Part shown: piece after piece, positions 35,536-46,120 of the stretch
How the letters are laid out: the number at the start of each line of letters is the position of its first letter
How positions within the stretch are numbered: the first letter of the stretch is position 1
IMG/VR virus record: IMGVR_UViG_3300031949_000050
Span: 1-54,183 of that record
DNA from: a virus
Taxonomy: Duplodnaviria > Caudoviricetes
Length of the DNA stretch: 54,183 nt
Direction: 5' to 3' (one strand)
The notes under the pieces: generated by a model
Database searches by the model: none
The model's input: only the letters and a program-made list of their open reading frames with translations
What the model was told of the DNA's origin: nothing
Translations under genes and position numbers: made by a program

Positions 35536-35864
35536 TGGTGACGGCCCTGCAGGAGATAACGAGCGTGGCAACGGAGTGGCAGCCGACAGCGGACAAGATC
35601 ATCGTCCGCGTGGACCCGGCCAAGATCAAGACCGAGGGCGGAATCGAGATCCCTGAATCGCATCAGGAGCGGCCACGCACGGGAAGCGTCGTCGCGGTGG
35701 GGCCTGGTCGGATGCTGGAGAACGGCCATCTCAAGTTCGTGTCGATGAACGTGGGGGATCGCGTGCTGTTCGGGCCGTACGCCGGGATCGCCGTCGAGGA
35801 GCTCGGAGACGACTACCGGGTGCTCCGCGACGACGAAGTGATCCTGGTGCGCCGATCCTTCTAG
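35535..35864 (+). CDS. groES: Co-chaperonin GroES (Cpn10)
   Basis: QPTADKIIV...KTEGGIEIP...GSVVAVGPG...VGDRVLFGPYAG...YRVLRDDEVI. Confidence 0.92.
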   Translation: MVTALQEITSVATEWQPTADKIIVRVDPAKIKTEGGIEIPESHQERPRTGSVVAVGPGRMLENGHLKFVSMNVGDRVLFGPYAGIAVEELGDDYRVLRDDEVILVRRSF

Positions 35865-35873
35865 GGGGGCGTC

Positions 35874-37079
35874 ATGGCGGATGACTACTACGAGCGTATC
35901 GCCGGCCAGTTTCTTCCGACCTTCGGGGTACTCCGTGGGCTGAGGACGCAGGCCCAAGAACGCGAGAAGGAACGCCGCCGTCGGGAGCATCCGATTACCT
36001 CGGAAGAGACCACCATGGTTCCTGCAGAGCCGGAGGCCCCGGTGGAGCGTGCGTTTCGTGAGGCATCGCAGCTTCCTGAACAGCTTGGCCGAGGGCTCTT
36101 TGAAGTGGGCGAGCGAGCGCTTGGTGCTGCGCGGGAGCTGTTCGATCCGTACACCGACGTGGCGCGCTCGGCTGAGGCATCGGCTGAGCGAAAGGCGAAC
36201 GAGCAGGCCATGGCTCGCCAGGCCGCGGAAGCGGCGCTGATGAAAGAGCGCACTCGGCAGGCAGTAGGCGGCGTACAGCCTGGAGAGGAGAGCCGCGCCA
36301 CCGCCACCGCCGGTCCGGAGGCGTCTGAGGCGGGGTTCATCAGCGTCGGCGGTCAGCGTTTCTCGGTCCGCAAGTACCAGGAGCCGAAGGCGGGAGAACA
36401 GCCGTTCTCGTGGGCGGCCGGGGCGCAGCCCAAGGCGACGTTCATAGCGCCTAGCGAAACCATGACCGGCCCGGTGATCGCTGGAGAGACCGCTCCGCGG
36501 TCGCTCGAGGAGCGACGGGCTCAGTCCAGGCGGGTGCTTGCGCCCCATGCGTTCAGGGGATCGTCTGCGCCTCGAGGCGTTCCGTCTTGGTCCGAAGTCC
36601 AGGGAGCGGGATACCGTGATCTACCGAGTTACCTCACGGCGCAGGCTCAGATGGGCGCGGCACAGGAGATGGCGCAGATGGCTCCGGAGCAGGCTCGGAT
36701 GCAGATGGAGGAGGAGGCCTCGCTCTCGCCCCTCAGACGGTCCGCCGCCGAAGCTGAGCTCCGTCGAGCCGCCACCATCACGCCGCTCGTGACCGAAGCC
36801 GAGAGACAGAAGTTGACGACGCCACAGCCGCCGTCCGGGCAGATGATTGGTCTGGACATCGTGAACCAGATTGCTGGCCGCGCCACGCGGCTGTATCAGG
36901 AGGCCGACGCCGCGGCCAAGGCCGGTAACGCCGCAGAGGCGGCGCGGTTACGCGGTCAGGCGGAATCGGAGCGGCGGCGCGCCGAGGAGTACGCCATCGC
37001 CATCTCTACCGGGGTGCAACTCAAGGGGCAGGACCCGCTGGCTGCGATGATGGCGCTGTCTCCTCCGGCTCCCAAGTAG
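35874..37079 (+). CDS. Putative internal virion / ejection protein
   Basis: Ala/Glu/Gln-rich and helical; precedes the giant virion protein. Confidence 0.55.
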   Translation: MADDYYERIAGQFLPTFGVLRGLRTQAQEREKERRRREHPITSEETTMVPAEPEAPVERAFREASQLPEQLGRGLFEVGERALGAARELFDPYTDVARSAEASAERKANEQAMARQAAEAALMKERTRQAVGGVQPGEESRATATAGPEASEAGFISVGGQRFSVRKYQEPKAGEQPFSWAAGAQPKATFIAPSETMTGPVIAGETAPRSLEERRAQSRRVLAPHAFRGSSAPRGVPSWSEVQGAGYRDLPSYLTAQAQMGAAQEMAQMAPEQARMQMEEEASLSPLRRSAAEAELRRAATITPLVTEAERQKLTTPQPPSGQMIGLDIVNQIAGRATRLYQEADAAAKAGNAAEAARLRGQAESERRRAEEYAIAISTGVQLKGQDPLAAMMALSPPAPK

Positions 37080-37090
37080 GGTGAAAGAGC

Positions 37091-40000
37091 ATGGCCTCGG
37101 AAGACATCCTGGCGTCTCTGCGCCGGATGTATGAGGCCGAGTCCGGCGCGTCTCGGCCGTACGACCAACGGGAAGAAGCGGAGGGGAGCGCGTTCTCTAG
37201 CCTGGGCAGCGCGCTCGCGGCTGGCTTGCGTCTCCCGCTCGAGGCGCTCGAGCTTCCGGCTTCAGCGTTTGCCGCAGCCACTCGTGGAGTAGCACGGTTC
37301 GCGGGGCTGCCTGTCGCTGAGACGTCTACCCGCGGCGACCTGATGCGATCCGCCCTCGGCCTGGGCCCGGAAGAGGCAGAGGACAGCTACGGTAAGCGCC
37401 TGCTCGGGCTCGGCGTCAAGCTGACGACGGACATCGGGTTGGACCCCGCGACGTGGGCCGCCGCCGGCTTGGGGCAGGCGGCTACCGCCGGCCGGGCGGC
37501 CGAGGCAGGGTTGGCCGCTGCCGCGCGAGAGGGCGCAGTTCTGGTTCCTGACGCTCTGGCTGCGGCGGGGAAGACGATTCAGGAAGGCCACCGCGCAGGG
37601 CAGGCGCTCTCGGCGCTGTCCGCTGGATTCGGGGCCGGGATGGTCCCCGATGTACTCGAGGGCGTGCCACACGTCTACTCCAAACTCCGCGACGAGGGCA
37701 TGACCCCAGAGACGGCCGAGGAATTGGTAGGCACGGCCCTCGCAGGGGTTGGGGCCGCCGCCGGGCTGACACATGCAGCGCTTGGGCTGCGTCCACGTCC
37801 AGCCGCGAGGCCCGTCCCAGAGCCGGCACCCGCCGTGGAAGCGCCCGCGGTGATCCCCGGGCCGCCGCCCGCCACAGAGATAGCCGTGCCCAGGACGGCG
37901 GGGCTCGAGACGCTACCTCCTGTCCCGGCGGAAGCGGCGGCGGTCCCCGGGATGGAGACGGCGGTACGCCGTGCGGACATGGCGGCGCGGACGCAAGAAC
38001 TGCTACAGCGCGCTGATGCTGGCGCGGCTGGACTCCCGGAGGGCATGGCCAGGCCGGCGGTGCCACTGGCGGGGGAGATGGTGGCTCCACGCGTGGAAGC
38101 GGCCCCAGAGCCGGTGACGGTCCCTCGTGCGCTCATGGCCCCGGAGCCGTTGCCCCCCGTGGTGCCCTCCGAGACGCGCCTTGCTACAGAGGTTCCCCCA
38201 CAGCCCCCGGAATTGGCCCCGCCCTTGGCCGGCCGCGTGCCCACCGAGACGCTCCCGCCTGTTCCACTGCCGCCGCCAGTCCCAGAGGCTCCTGCGGCCA
38301 TTCCGCGCGAAGTGGAGGCTCAGGCGCTAAGGGAGCAGGCCGCTCGGACTATCCCACCGGAGCCGACAGAACCAACAGAACCGACGCCATCCCAACTCGC
38401 TCCAGCCTTTGCCACCGCAGAAACGCCATCCCCCGCCAAGCCACTCCGGGTGGAGATGGTAAAGGAAGCGTTCGGCCCGAAAGTTGAGCCGGTGGCGGTA
38501 GAGGGCGGCTTCGAGGTGCCCATCGGTGGTGGGCGCAAGATCACGGTGCGCGAGACGGGAGCGATCGAGTACGATCCGGCAGAGTTCGCGGCAGGCTACG
38601 GCCGAGAGAAGGGCGCAGCGGAGCGCATCGTAGGCAAGTACCAGCGACTCGGCCCGGACGGCATGATCTGGCTACTGAAAGAGGCCGGTGCTCCAGTGGT
38701 GCATCACGAGGCGTTCCACGCCGCGATGGACCTGGCGTTGAAGCCCAAGGAACGGCTGGCGGTGCTGAAGCGGTACGGCAGCGAGGAGGCGGCGGCCGAG
38801 GCTTATGGGAAGTGGGAGCCCGCGGTGCGCAACAGCGCGTTCTCGCGCATCCTCGGGTTCTTCCGGCGCGTGTATCGAAGCTTCCGCCCATCGTGGGAAA
38901 GCGCGTTCGAGGAGGTGCGGAGCGGCCGTGCGTTTGAGCGTGCTCCTGCGGCTGAACTTCCACTGCCATCTTATGCGGCAACAGGTGGGCCTCGTGAATT
39001 GTCTTTTGCTGGTTACCTGGACGAGAGAGGGATTGGGGATCCAGGCTTAGAACATGCTGCCTATGGTCCGTCTGGACAGGTTTCTAGGGGGACACGCCGG
39101 GCGTTCCTTGAGCGCAGGGAAGCCGAAACCACAGAATACTCCCAGGCGCAGGAAAACTATAGGCTGGCCGTAGATCGTGGAGAGATTGTTGATCCTACCG
39201 GGAGAGTCAAAGCCTCGGCACCATCGACCGTGATGGCAGCGATCCAAGAGGCAACACGTTTGAGAGAACGTGCGATTGAGTTGCGAGACTTGGCGGACCG
39301 CGGTATGAAGCCTAGGGCATACCGTGCGGAAGCAGACCGTTTGGATGCGAAAGCGCTACAGGTAGAAACTCAATCCCGTTACGCCACGGCTCCGACGGAG
39401 CCCGCTTCGGAGGCGGCTCCTGAGCCAATGGGCCGCAGAGTGCGTCCAGAGGAATCGCCTCGGGTGGAGATGAAGGTGGAGGATCTGCGGCGCATAGAGC
39501 AGCTCGGCAAGCTCGAGCCCGCAGCGCTGTCACGTGAGCAGGCACGGCGGTGGGAGGATCTGGACCCCGAGGTCAGGCAAGTGCTGAAGACGGTCCCAGA
39601 CGAGAAGCTGTATAACAAGGCGGTCAAGGGCCAGTTGAACGACGTCGAGGTGATGGCGCTTGACGCGCGGGTCAGGGACGCCGTGGAGCAGACGGAGAAC
39701 GCTCGCCTACGTCTGGAGCAGGCTAGAGTCGAGGGCAAGGACGTCGGACCGATCAACGCTGAGTTCTTGGAGGCGGCGCTCAAGGCGCAGGCGGTCAGGG
39801 CGGCGCGTGCGGCGCGGACAGACGTGGAGGCCGGGACGAAGCTGGCCCGCGCGCTGGCGGCCCGTGCTCGGGTCATGGAGGCGGGCAAGTCCGTCCCGAC
39901 CGACTTCTTGCGCAAGGTGTTCCGCGAGATCGAGGGCGTGACGGACGAGCAGGCTGCCGGGCTGCTGAGGATCCTGCAGGAGGATCCCGCCAAGCTCCCC

Positions 40001-41806
40001 GATGCGTTGAACGCAGCGATCCAGCCGGGGCTACTGCCCAAGTGGCTGGAACTCTGGAAAGCGGGACTCGTCTCAGGTCCGGGGACTCAGGTAGCCAACA
40101 TCTTGGGAAACATCGGGGAGCAGGGGATGCGTCTGCTAGAGACCCCCACGGCCGCCCTCGTGGACCGGATCCTTCCCGGCGAACGTGGGCGGTTCGTTGG
40201 AGAAGCTGGCGCTGAGATCGGGGGCGCGTTCTCGCGGCTGCCCGATGCGCTGAGCGGGCTCGGGGCGGAACTCAAAGAGATTGTATCTCTGGCTCCAGAG
40301 CGCATTGACCTTACCAAGCCCCTGGAGTACCAAGCCGGGAAGATACCGGGCAAGGTTGGGCGCGTGGTGCGCATCCCGTTCCGGCTGCTCGGGGCGTTCG
40401 ATTCGTTCTTCAAGGCCGTTGGCGGTGAAGCGGAGTTGCACAAGCTCGCCCATCGGAAGGCCAAGATCGAGCTTCCGTCCGCTGACGTCAAGGCCGTGCA
40501 AGAGCGGTCCGCCGCCATCGTGAAAGAGGCGCTCGATCCGAAGAGCGACAAGCATGCGGATCTGGTTCAGCAAGTAGCGGAGGCGCGGCAGGCGCGGACA
40601 TTCCAGGACGATCCGCACCCGATGATCAAGAGCCTCATGCGGCTGCGGAATCAGCATCCGTGGATGCACGTCATTCTGCCATTCCTCCAGACTCCGGGGA
40701 AGATCGCAGAGATCACGATCCAGCGCAGCCCGCTGGGGTTCGTCAAGGCGGCGCGCGCCTACAAGGCATTCCGAAACGCTGAGACTCAAGGGATCAAGGG
40801 GCCCGAGTTGGCGCGGCTGCGCGGCCAGGCCGTGGACGCCATAGCTCGGCCATTGGTCGGTACGGGGATGATAGCCGGGTTCGTGACCTACGCCAAGATG
40901 GGCGGCATGACCGGCTCCGGTCCGGTGGACCCGGCCGCACGCAACTTGCTCAAGGAGACGGGATGGCAGCCGTACAGCTTCGTGGTGCCAACTCCGGGCG
41001 GGAATGTGTACGTGCCCTTCAACCGCTTCGAGCCCGTCTCGAGCTTGCTGGGCGCTGCCGCTGATCTGGCAGAGTTGAAGGACGAGAAGAAGGCGGCTGA
41101 CATCTTCGACAAGACCCTGGGCTCCGTGGCGAGCAACCTCACGAGCAAGACGTACCTCGCGGGGCTGTCCGATGCCGCGTCCATGATCGCCAAGCCTCAG
41201 CAGTTTGCGTCTCAGTACCTCAGCAACCTAGCCGGGACGCTGATACCCAACGTCGTGGCGAAGGCGGCTCAGGCGGCTGATCCGGTGATTCGAGACGTGC
41301 GACCGAACCAAGCGGGGTTGCTCGGAATACCGGAGCGCGTGGCCAAGACCATAGCGTCTCGTGTCCCCGGCCTGAGCATGACGCTCTCTGCGCGGCTGTC
41401 CGGTACTGGTGCCACGGTGCAGCGGCCCGGGACGGCCGCAACGAGGTTCTTGCTCCCAAGCCAGCCGAGCCGAGAGAAGCCTGGGGCGGCCCTCGAGCAG
41501 ACGCTCGTACGGCTGGGCATCGTGCCGTCAGAACCGCCGAGGGAATTGACGATCAAGGGGCGAAAGGTCCGCCTCGAGGACGATGAGCGCCAGTTGCTTG
41601 CCGCGGCACGTCAGGCCACGATGCGGTACCTGCGAGAAAACGTGGTGAGCCAGGCGTGGTTTGAGCGCCTTCCCGACACGATCGAGGAGGGTGGGGACGG
41701 CTCCAAGGAGGCCGTGATCAGGCGTTCACTGGACCGCTTCAGCGACCGGGCGCGGCAGATGGTGGCGCGGATGCCGGACGTGGTGCGCCGGGCGGTGGCC
41801 GGGTGA
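37091..41806 (+). CDS. Large polyvalent / DNA-ejection protein with a zincin-like domain
   Basis: 1571 aa; Gly/Ala hydrophobic N-terminal part, Pro-rich linker, HHEAFH...EEAAAEAY, C-terminal GWQPYSF...FNRFEP region. Confidence 0.7.
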   Translation: MASEDILASLRRMYEAESGASRPYDQREEAEGSAFSSLGSALAAGLRLPLEALELPASAFAAATRGVARFAGLPVAETSTRGDLMRSALGLGPEEAEDSYGKRLLGLGVKLTTDIGLDPATWAAAGLGQAATAGRAAEAGLAAAAREGAVLVPDALAAAGKTIQEGHRAGQALSALSAGFGAGMVPDVLEGVPHVYSKLRDEGMTPETAEELVGTALAGVGAAAGLTHAALGLRPRPAARPVPEPAPAVEAPAVIPGPPPATEIAVPRTAGLETLPPVPAEAAAVPGMETAVRRADMAARTQELLQRADAGAAGLPEGMARPAVPLAGEMVAPRVEAAPEPVTVPRALMAPEPLPPVVPSETRLATEVPPQPPELAPPLAGRVPTETLPPVPLPPPVPEAPAAIPREVEAQALREQAARTIPPEPTEPTEPTPSQLAPAFATAETPSPAKPLRVEMVKEAFGPKVEPVAVEGGFEVPIGGGRKITVRETGAIEYDPAEFAAGYGREKGAAERIVGKYQRLGPDGMIWLLKEAGAPVVHHEAFHAAMDLALKPKERLAVLKRYGSEEAAAEAYGKWEPAVRNSAFSRILGFFRRVYRSFRPSWESAFEEVRSGRAFERAPAAELPLPSYAATGGPRELSFAGYLDERGIGDPGLEHAAYGPSGQVSRGTRRAFLERREAETTEYSQAQENYRLAVDRGEIVDPTGRVKASAPSTVMAAIQEATRLRERAIELRDLADRGMKPRAYRAEADRLDAKALQVETQSRYATAPTEPASEAAPEPMGRRVRPEESPRVEMKVEDLRRIEQLGKLEPAALSREQARRWEDLDPEVRQVLKTVPDEKLYNKAVKGQLNDVEVMALDARVRDAVEQTENARLRLEQARVEGKDVGPINAEFLEAALKAQAVRAARAARTDVEAGTKLARALAARARVMEAGKSVPTDFLRKVFREIEGVTDEQAAGLLRILQEDPAKLPDALNAAIQPGLLPKWLELWKAGLVSGPGTQVANILGNIGEQGMRLLETPTAALVDRILPGERGRFVGEAGAEIGGAFSRLPDALSGLGAELKEIVSLAPERIDLTKPLEYQAGKIPGKVGRVVRIPFRLLGAFDSFFKAVGGEAELHKLAHRKAKIELPSADVKAVQERSAAIVKEALDPKSDKHADLVQQVAEARQARTFQDDPHPMIKSLMRLRNQHPWMHVILPFLQTPGKIAEITIQRSPLGFVKAARAYKAFRNAETQGIKGPELARLRGQAVDAIARPLVGTGMIAGFVTYAKMGGMTGSGPVDPAARNLLKETGWQPYSFVVPTPGGNVYVPFNRFEPVSSLLGAAADLAELKDEKKAADIFDKTLGSVASNLTSKTYLAGLSDAASMIAKPQQFASQYLSNLAGTLIPNVVAKAAQAADPVIRDVRPNQAGLLGIPERVAKTIASRVPGLSMTLSARLSGTGATVQRPGTAATRFLLPSQPSREKPGAALEQTLVRLGIVPSEPPRELTIKGRKVRLEDDERQLLAAARQATMRYLRENVVSQAWFERLPDTIEEGGDGSKEAVIRRSLDRFSDRARQMVARMPDVVRRAVAG

Positions 41807-42024
41807 TAACGACCAGCCGAAAGATCCAAGATCCGCCCCGCCTCGTCGGCAAACCGTGGGATGGCCAGACTCAGCGCGACGTCGAGACATATCTCCGGCG
41901 CGTGCGCGAGGCGCTCGACGGCGAGGCAGAGTTGAGGCAGATAAGCATCGTGGTCAACCTCGGGGCGGCGACGGCGGCGGCTGACAATGCTGATGCCCTG
42001 AGCTTCTTCCGCGGTGGCTGCTGA
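41803..42024 (+). CDS. Small putative virion protein
   Basis: Coupled ORF (GTGA and TGATG overlaps). Confidence 0.45.
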   Translation: MITTSRKIQDPPRLVGKPWDGQTQRDVETYLRRVREALDGEAELRQISIVVNLGAATAAADNADALSFFRGGC

Positions 42025-42350
42025 TGGCGATACGCTGGGGGACGTTCACTCAGCTCTCGCCTTCCGCGGCGACGCTCACCGATCTGTACACGCCGCTTTC
42101 GCCGGCGACTTCGGCCGAAATCATCGTGAGTGTCGCGAACAGGAGCGCGTCTCCCACGACCTTTCGTATCTCCGTGGCCTTGGCCGGGATCGCGGACAAC
42201 GTGAAGCAGTACGTCGCCTATGATCTGCCGATCAAGGGGAACGACGTCTACAAGACCAAGTTGGTGATCGCTTCGACTGACGTGATCCGAGTGTACGCCA
42301 CCTTGGCGACGCTGAGCTTCAACGTCTATGGACTCGAAAAGAGCGACTGA
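42024..42350 (+). CDS. Small beta-sandwich virion protein
   Basis: TDLYT...IIVSVANR...YVAYDLPI...DVIRVY...LSFNVYGLE. Confidence 0.65.
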   Translation: MAIRWGTFTQLSPSAATLTDLYTPLSPATSAEIIVSVANRSASPTTFRISVALAGIADNVKQYVAYDLPIKGNDVYKTKLVIASTDVIRVYATLATLSFNVYGLEKSD

Positions 42351-43601
42351 GTGAGCTGCAACGGCTTTGCACGTCCGGACCCGCTAGAGATCCTCTTTGC
42401 TGACAGCCCCATACTGGGGGCATTCGGCGGCGTGCGCGTGGCGGAAGATCGTGGGATCTTCGACAACACTTTCCAGTACGACACGTCTCCGGTGCAGTGG
42501 GAGACGGTGCTGACCAACAACGGCACGGAGACGCATCTCCCCAACGAGAGTTCTGTGCGCTTGCGCACGACCAACACGAACACGGACAAGGTGGTGAAGC
42601 AGACCCGCCGATACATGCGGTATCAGCCGGGGAAGGGTCAGTACATTCGTTGTACCGCGGTGATGCCGGACCTGTCTGAGTCGGGGCTGAGGAGAAGGTT
42701 CGGCTACTTCGACGCCGACAACGGGATCTTCCTAGAGCAGACCTTCACCGGGCTGTCCATCGTTCGCAGGAGCAAGGCCACCGGCTCTGTGGTGGATGAG
42801 GCGGTGGCTCAAGCATCGTGGTCAGTAGACAAGCTCGATGGGACCGGAGTGTCAGGGAAGACGATTCAGCCCGCCAAGATCATGCACCTGGTCATTGATG
42901 CCGAGTGGCTTGGAGCCGGTCGGGTCCGCGTCGGGTTTGACTTCGGGGGCAAGGTCGCGTTCGCGCACGAGTTCATCAACGTCAACGTCTTGACCACGGT
43001 CTACTGCACGACGTTCAACCTGCCGATGCGCTACGAGATAGAGAACACGGCGGCGATGGGCGCGGACCACGATCTGATCGCTGTGTGCCAGTCCGTGTCT
43101 TCCCAGGCGGGTCAGGAGGAAGAGCGAGGCTACGACTTCGGGGTCGGCAACATAGCGGTTGTCTCTGGAATAGGGACTGGGGCATGGGTGCCACTCGTGT
43201 CTATCCGGCCGGCGGCCACGTTCAACAGCCTCGTGAACCGAGGCACGATCATCCCCGAGTTCGTCTCAGTCGTCGTCGGCTCGGGCTCCGCTGCGTGGCG
43301 CTTGTTCTACGCGCCAACGGCGTTGACTGCGGCGTCCTTCGCCTCGGTCCATGCCAGCAGCATCACAGAGTTCGATGTGGCCGCGACGGCCATCACCGCC
43401 GGGCTGCCTATCGTCGCCGGGTTTGCTTCTGGCGGCGCTGCGGTGGGAGATCGACGTGTGGACGCACGGGACTTCACGGCGCGCTATCCTCTGACGCTGG
43501 ACATAGCCGGAGCGAATCCGATTGTGCTGACGCTCGCCGCACGAGCGTTGTCCGGGCTCGTAGACGCGGCCGGGGCGATTTCTTTCAAGGAGCTCCGCTA
43601 G
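42351..43601 (+). CDS. Conserved phage structural protein (lectin-like beta fold)
   Basis: AFGGVRV...KQTRRYMRYQPGK...RFGYFD...IDAEWLGAGRVRVGF...NLPMRYEI. Confidence 0.7.
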   Translation: MSCNGFARPDPLEILFADSPILGAFGGVRVAEDRGIFDNTFQYDTSPVQWETVLTNNGTETHLPNESSVRLRTTNTNTDKVVKQTRRYMRYQPGKGQYIRCTAVMPDLSESGLRRRFGYFDADNGIFLEQTFTGLSIVRRSKATGSVVDEAVAQASWSVDKLDGTGVSGKTIQPAKIMHLVIDAEWLGAGRVRVGFDFGGKVAFAHEFINVNVLTTVYCTTFNLPMRYEIENTAAMGADHDLIAVCQSVSSQAGQEEERGYDFGVGNIAVVSGIGTGAWVPLVSIRPAATFNSLVNRGTIIPEFVSVVVGSGSAAWRLFYAPTALTAASFASVHASSITEFDVAATAITAGLPIVAGFASGGAAVGDRRVDARDFTARYPLTLDIAGANPIVLTLAARALSGLVDAAGAISFKELR

Positions 43602-44281
43602 TGGGATTCGGAGACATTTCAGGAAGCAACCGAGCAACGCAGGCTACGATCAACGCGGTTGGCCCCCCGCTGCCGCTAGTGCTCTCCGTTGGCGGATACG
43701 GTTCTGCCGGGTTCACTCTGGCGGCCGGCACTCTGGCGGCCACGATCATCCCAGAGGTCAGCTTCGACGGCAAGGATACGTGGATGCCGTGGGAGTTTGA
43801 AGATCCACAGACCGGGCAGAAGCTATCGGCGCTCACCGTCACGAACCCCAATGCGGCGAGTTCATGGTCGATCCATCCTCCAGGCGGCACAACTCACGTC
43901 CGGATCAACGTCACGGCCTACACGTCGGGGTCGGCTACTGCGATTCTCGTGCTGACAGAGATGAGCCGTCCGGCGAGGCGTGTAGCCCACTCGCGGTTCG
44001 TGCTCAGCCAGGGCGTAGCAGGGACAACTCTCGTGGCAGAGGCGGTGGCCGGGAAGCAGCACAAGGTGCTTGGCATCCTCATCTCGCTGGCGAACGATGG
44101 GGTCTGGCACTTGGATAGCGGGGCGACGCCACTCATGGGGAACCTCAAGCAAGATGGACAGTTGCAGCCGGCGGTGATGGGACCGTCTGAGATCCCCCTC
44201 GTTGAGACGGTGGCCGGTGCGGCGCTCAACATCGTGACCACGCAGGCGGCACAGGGAGTCATCGTCTTCGTCACGGAGTGA
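43601..44281 (+). CDS. Putative structural protein
   Basis: TAGTG coupling at 43601; HVRINVTAYTSGSAT motif. Real start taken as GTG 43601 rather than 43085. Confidence 0.6.
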   Translation: MGFGDISGSNRATQATINAVGPPLPLVLSVGGYGSAGFTLAAGTLAATIIPEVSFDGKDTWMPWEFEDPQTGQKLSALTVTNPNAASSWSIHPPGGTTHVRINVTAYTSGSATAILVLTEMSRPARRVAHSRFVLSQGVAGTTLVAEAVAGKQHKVLGILISLANDGVWHLDSGATPLMGNLKQDGQLQPAVMGPSEIPLVETVAGAALNIVTTQAAQGVIVFVTE

Positions 44282-44442
44282 GGCCGCCCGGGCAGGTTTG
44301 AAGTGGGGGAGTGGGCAGCTTACCCGGCTGGGCCACCGTGCGCCGCCCGTGCCCGTGAGCCTCCCCCAGGCAAAGTCTAGCACGCCGAGCAAGCTCCAGG
44401 CTACTGAGTAGCCACACAATACAGCGTGATGTAGAATAGCCC

Positions 44443-44471
44443 TTGACGGATTGTCCATCGCGCTGTATATT
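44443..44471 (+). promoter_or_regulatory. Sigma70-like early promoter
   Basis: TTGACG, 17-bp spacer, TATATT, at the boundary between structural and early modules. Confidence 0.75.
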
Positions 44472-44573
44472 GTAGGCGGGGGGCATGATGAAGCTGAAGT
44501 GCAGTGGTTGTGGACGGGATGTCACCAAGGTAGGCTACGGCAATACCAGCCTTTGCTGCAAGCGGGTCGTGAG

Positions 44574-44783
44574 ATGACCACAAGCGAGCAGAAGCGAGCC
44601 GCTGCGATGGCTCATCGGGCGCGCGCCAATGTCTGCGTCTGCGGCCACAACGAATCTTTTCATTACGGTCCTTCAGGGCGTTGTGGTGGTGGGCGGATGC
44701 GTAAGGCGACATGTGGCTGCGTTCTGTATCGCCCCGCCCGCGCAGCCTTCCGCGCCGTACCAGGATTAAGGGGTGACAAGTGA
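44574..44783 (+). CDS. Small Cys/His zinc-binding protein
   Basis: [10 protein letters not shown]...C...CGCVLY. Confidence 0.5.
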   Translation: MTTSEQKRAAAMAHRARANVCVCGHNESFHYGPSGRCGGGRMRKATCGCVLYRPARAAFRAVPGLRGDK

Positions 44784-45499
44784 AGGCGAGTGAAATCCGT
44801 GAGGTCCTAGACGCACACGCGGCGTGGCTCCGGAACGGTAGCGAAAAGCGGGCCGACCTGGGCGGGGCCAACCTGCGCGAGGCCAACCTGCGCCGGGCCA
44901 ACCTGCGCCGGGCCAACCTGGGCGGGGCCAACCTGCGCCGGGCCAACCTGGGCGGGGCCAACCTGCGCGAGGCCGACCTGAACTGGGCCGACCTGGGCGG
45001 GGCCAACCTGCGCCGGGCCAACCTGCGCCGGGCCAACCTGCGCCGGGCCAACCTGGGCGGGGCCAACCTGCGCGAGGCCAACCTGCGCCGGGCCGACCTG
45101 TGCGGGGCCGACCTGGGCCGGGCCAACCTGCGCGAGGCCGACCTGCGCTGGGCCAACCTGTGCGGGGCCAACCTGGGCGGGACATGCCTAGATCCTGCGG
45201 GCAAATCAAACGGAGATGTGGCCACGTTCGCTCGGGACGGGGGCCTGGTGGTAGGTTATCGAACGGCCAACTCTCCGGTGGTCGGCGGTGCCGGGTACGA
45301 GTCAGGCAAGACGTACACGGCCCCAGTATTCTCGGTCGCTGACACCGAGTGCCACCCGGGGCTGTATCTGGCTCCGACCATTTACAGCGTCGAACGCCCA
45401 GGCCCCTACGTCAAGGTCTGGGCGCGGCCCGAGGACGTACACAAGGCCGGAACGAAGTGGCGGGCACGGGAGTTCGTCCGAGTGGAGAGCGTAGAGTGA
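44780..45499 (+). CDS. Pentapeptide-repeat protein
   Basis: HAAWL..G.EKRADL followed by about 22 A(N/D)Lxx repeats; C-terminal domain with ECHPGLY. Confidence 0.92.
   Translation: MKASEIREVLDAHAAWLRNGSEKRADLGGANLREANLRRANLRRANLGGANLRRANLGGANLREADLNWADLGGANLRRANLRRANLRRANLGGANLREANLRRADLCGADLGRANLREADLRWANLCGANLGGTCLDPAGKSNGDVATFARDGGLVVGYRTANSPVVGGAGYESGKTYTAPVFSVADTECHPGLYLAPTIYSVERPGPYVKVWARPEDVHKAGTKWRAREFVRVESVE
44851..45180 (+). repeat. 15-bp coding tandem repeat
   Basis: ggcc(a/g)acctg-nnnnn units encoding A(N/D)Lxx. Confidence 0.9.
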
Positions 45500-45916
45500 T
45501 TGGGGGGTGAGTGATGCCGAGAGACAGACGGGACGAGTTCAACGCGGCCGAGCGCGAGACGGTTCGTTGGCTGGCCGTGATTCTGAGTCTCTACGCGCTG
45601 TGGTGCGCTGGCATCATGTTTGCGTGGTTCAACGGGTGGATCCAGTGACCGATTCTGGGATAAGGCTTCGGAAGCGTAGGCCCACAAGGCGCGCCTACGG
45701 GCACAGGCGGTGTGTCGTGTGCCAAGAGCCGTTCCGGCCCCGCTACGCCCACGCAGAGGCGTGTGGCCCACCTTGCTCTCGAATCCATTGGGGCTTGGTC
45801 ACTTTGGCCCAGAGTCTACGTCCCAAGCGCCGGGATGACTGGACCAAGGTCTTGATCGAGGCGGCCCGGCTGGCGTGGCTCAAATACCGCAGCTTCATAG
45901 ACGGGGAGGCCGCCAG

Positions 45917-46120
45917 ATGAGCTACCGCGTGCTGCTCCAGGACCATCAGACCGGAGCCTGGATTCACTGCCAGGAACGATACGCGCACGACGCCGAGGCC
46001 AAGGGCCACGCTCAGCGCATGTTCCTGGCATGGCATCCGTTCGTCAGGGGCTTCAGGGTGCTCCCCTCAAAGCGCTCTCCAACGCATACTTGGTTCGGTA
46101 GGTTCCGGAGGATTCGATGA
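45917..46120 (+). CDS. Hypothetical protein
   Basis: GGAGG RBS; ATGA coupling. Confidence 0.45.
   Translation: MSYRVLLQDHQTGAWIHCQERYAHDAEAKGHAQRMFLAWHPFVRGFRVLPSKRSPTHTWFGRFRRIR

Noticed and set aside
44851-45180. CRISPR-like or regulatory repeat array
   Set aside because: The 15-bp units have no unique spacers and are fully explained by pentapeptide coding.
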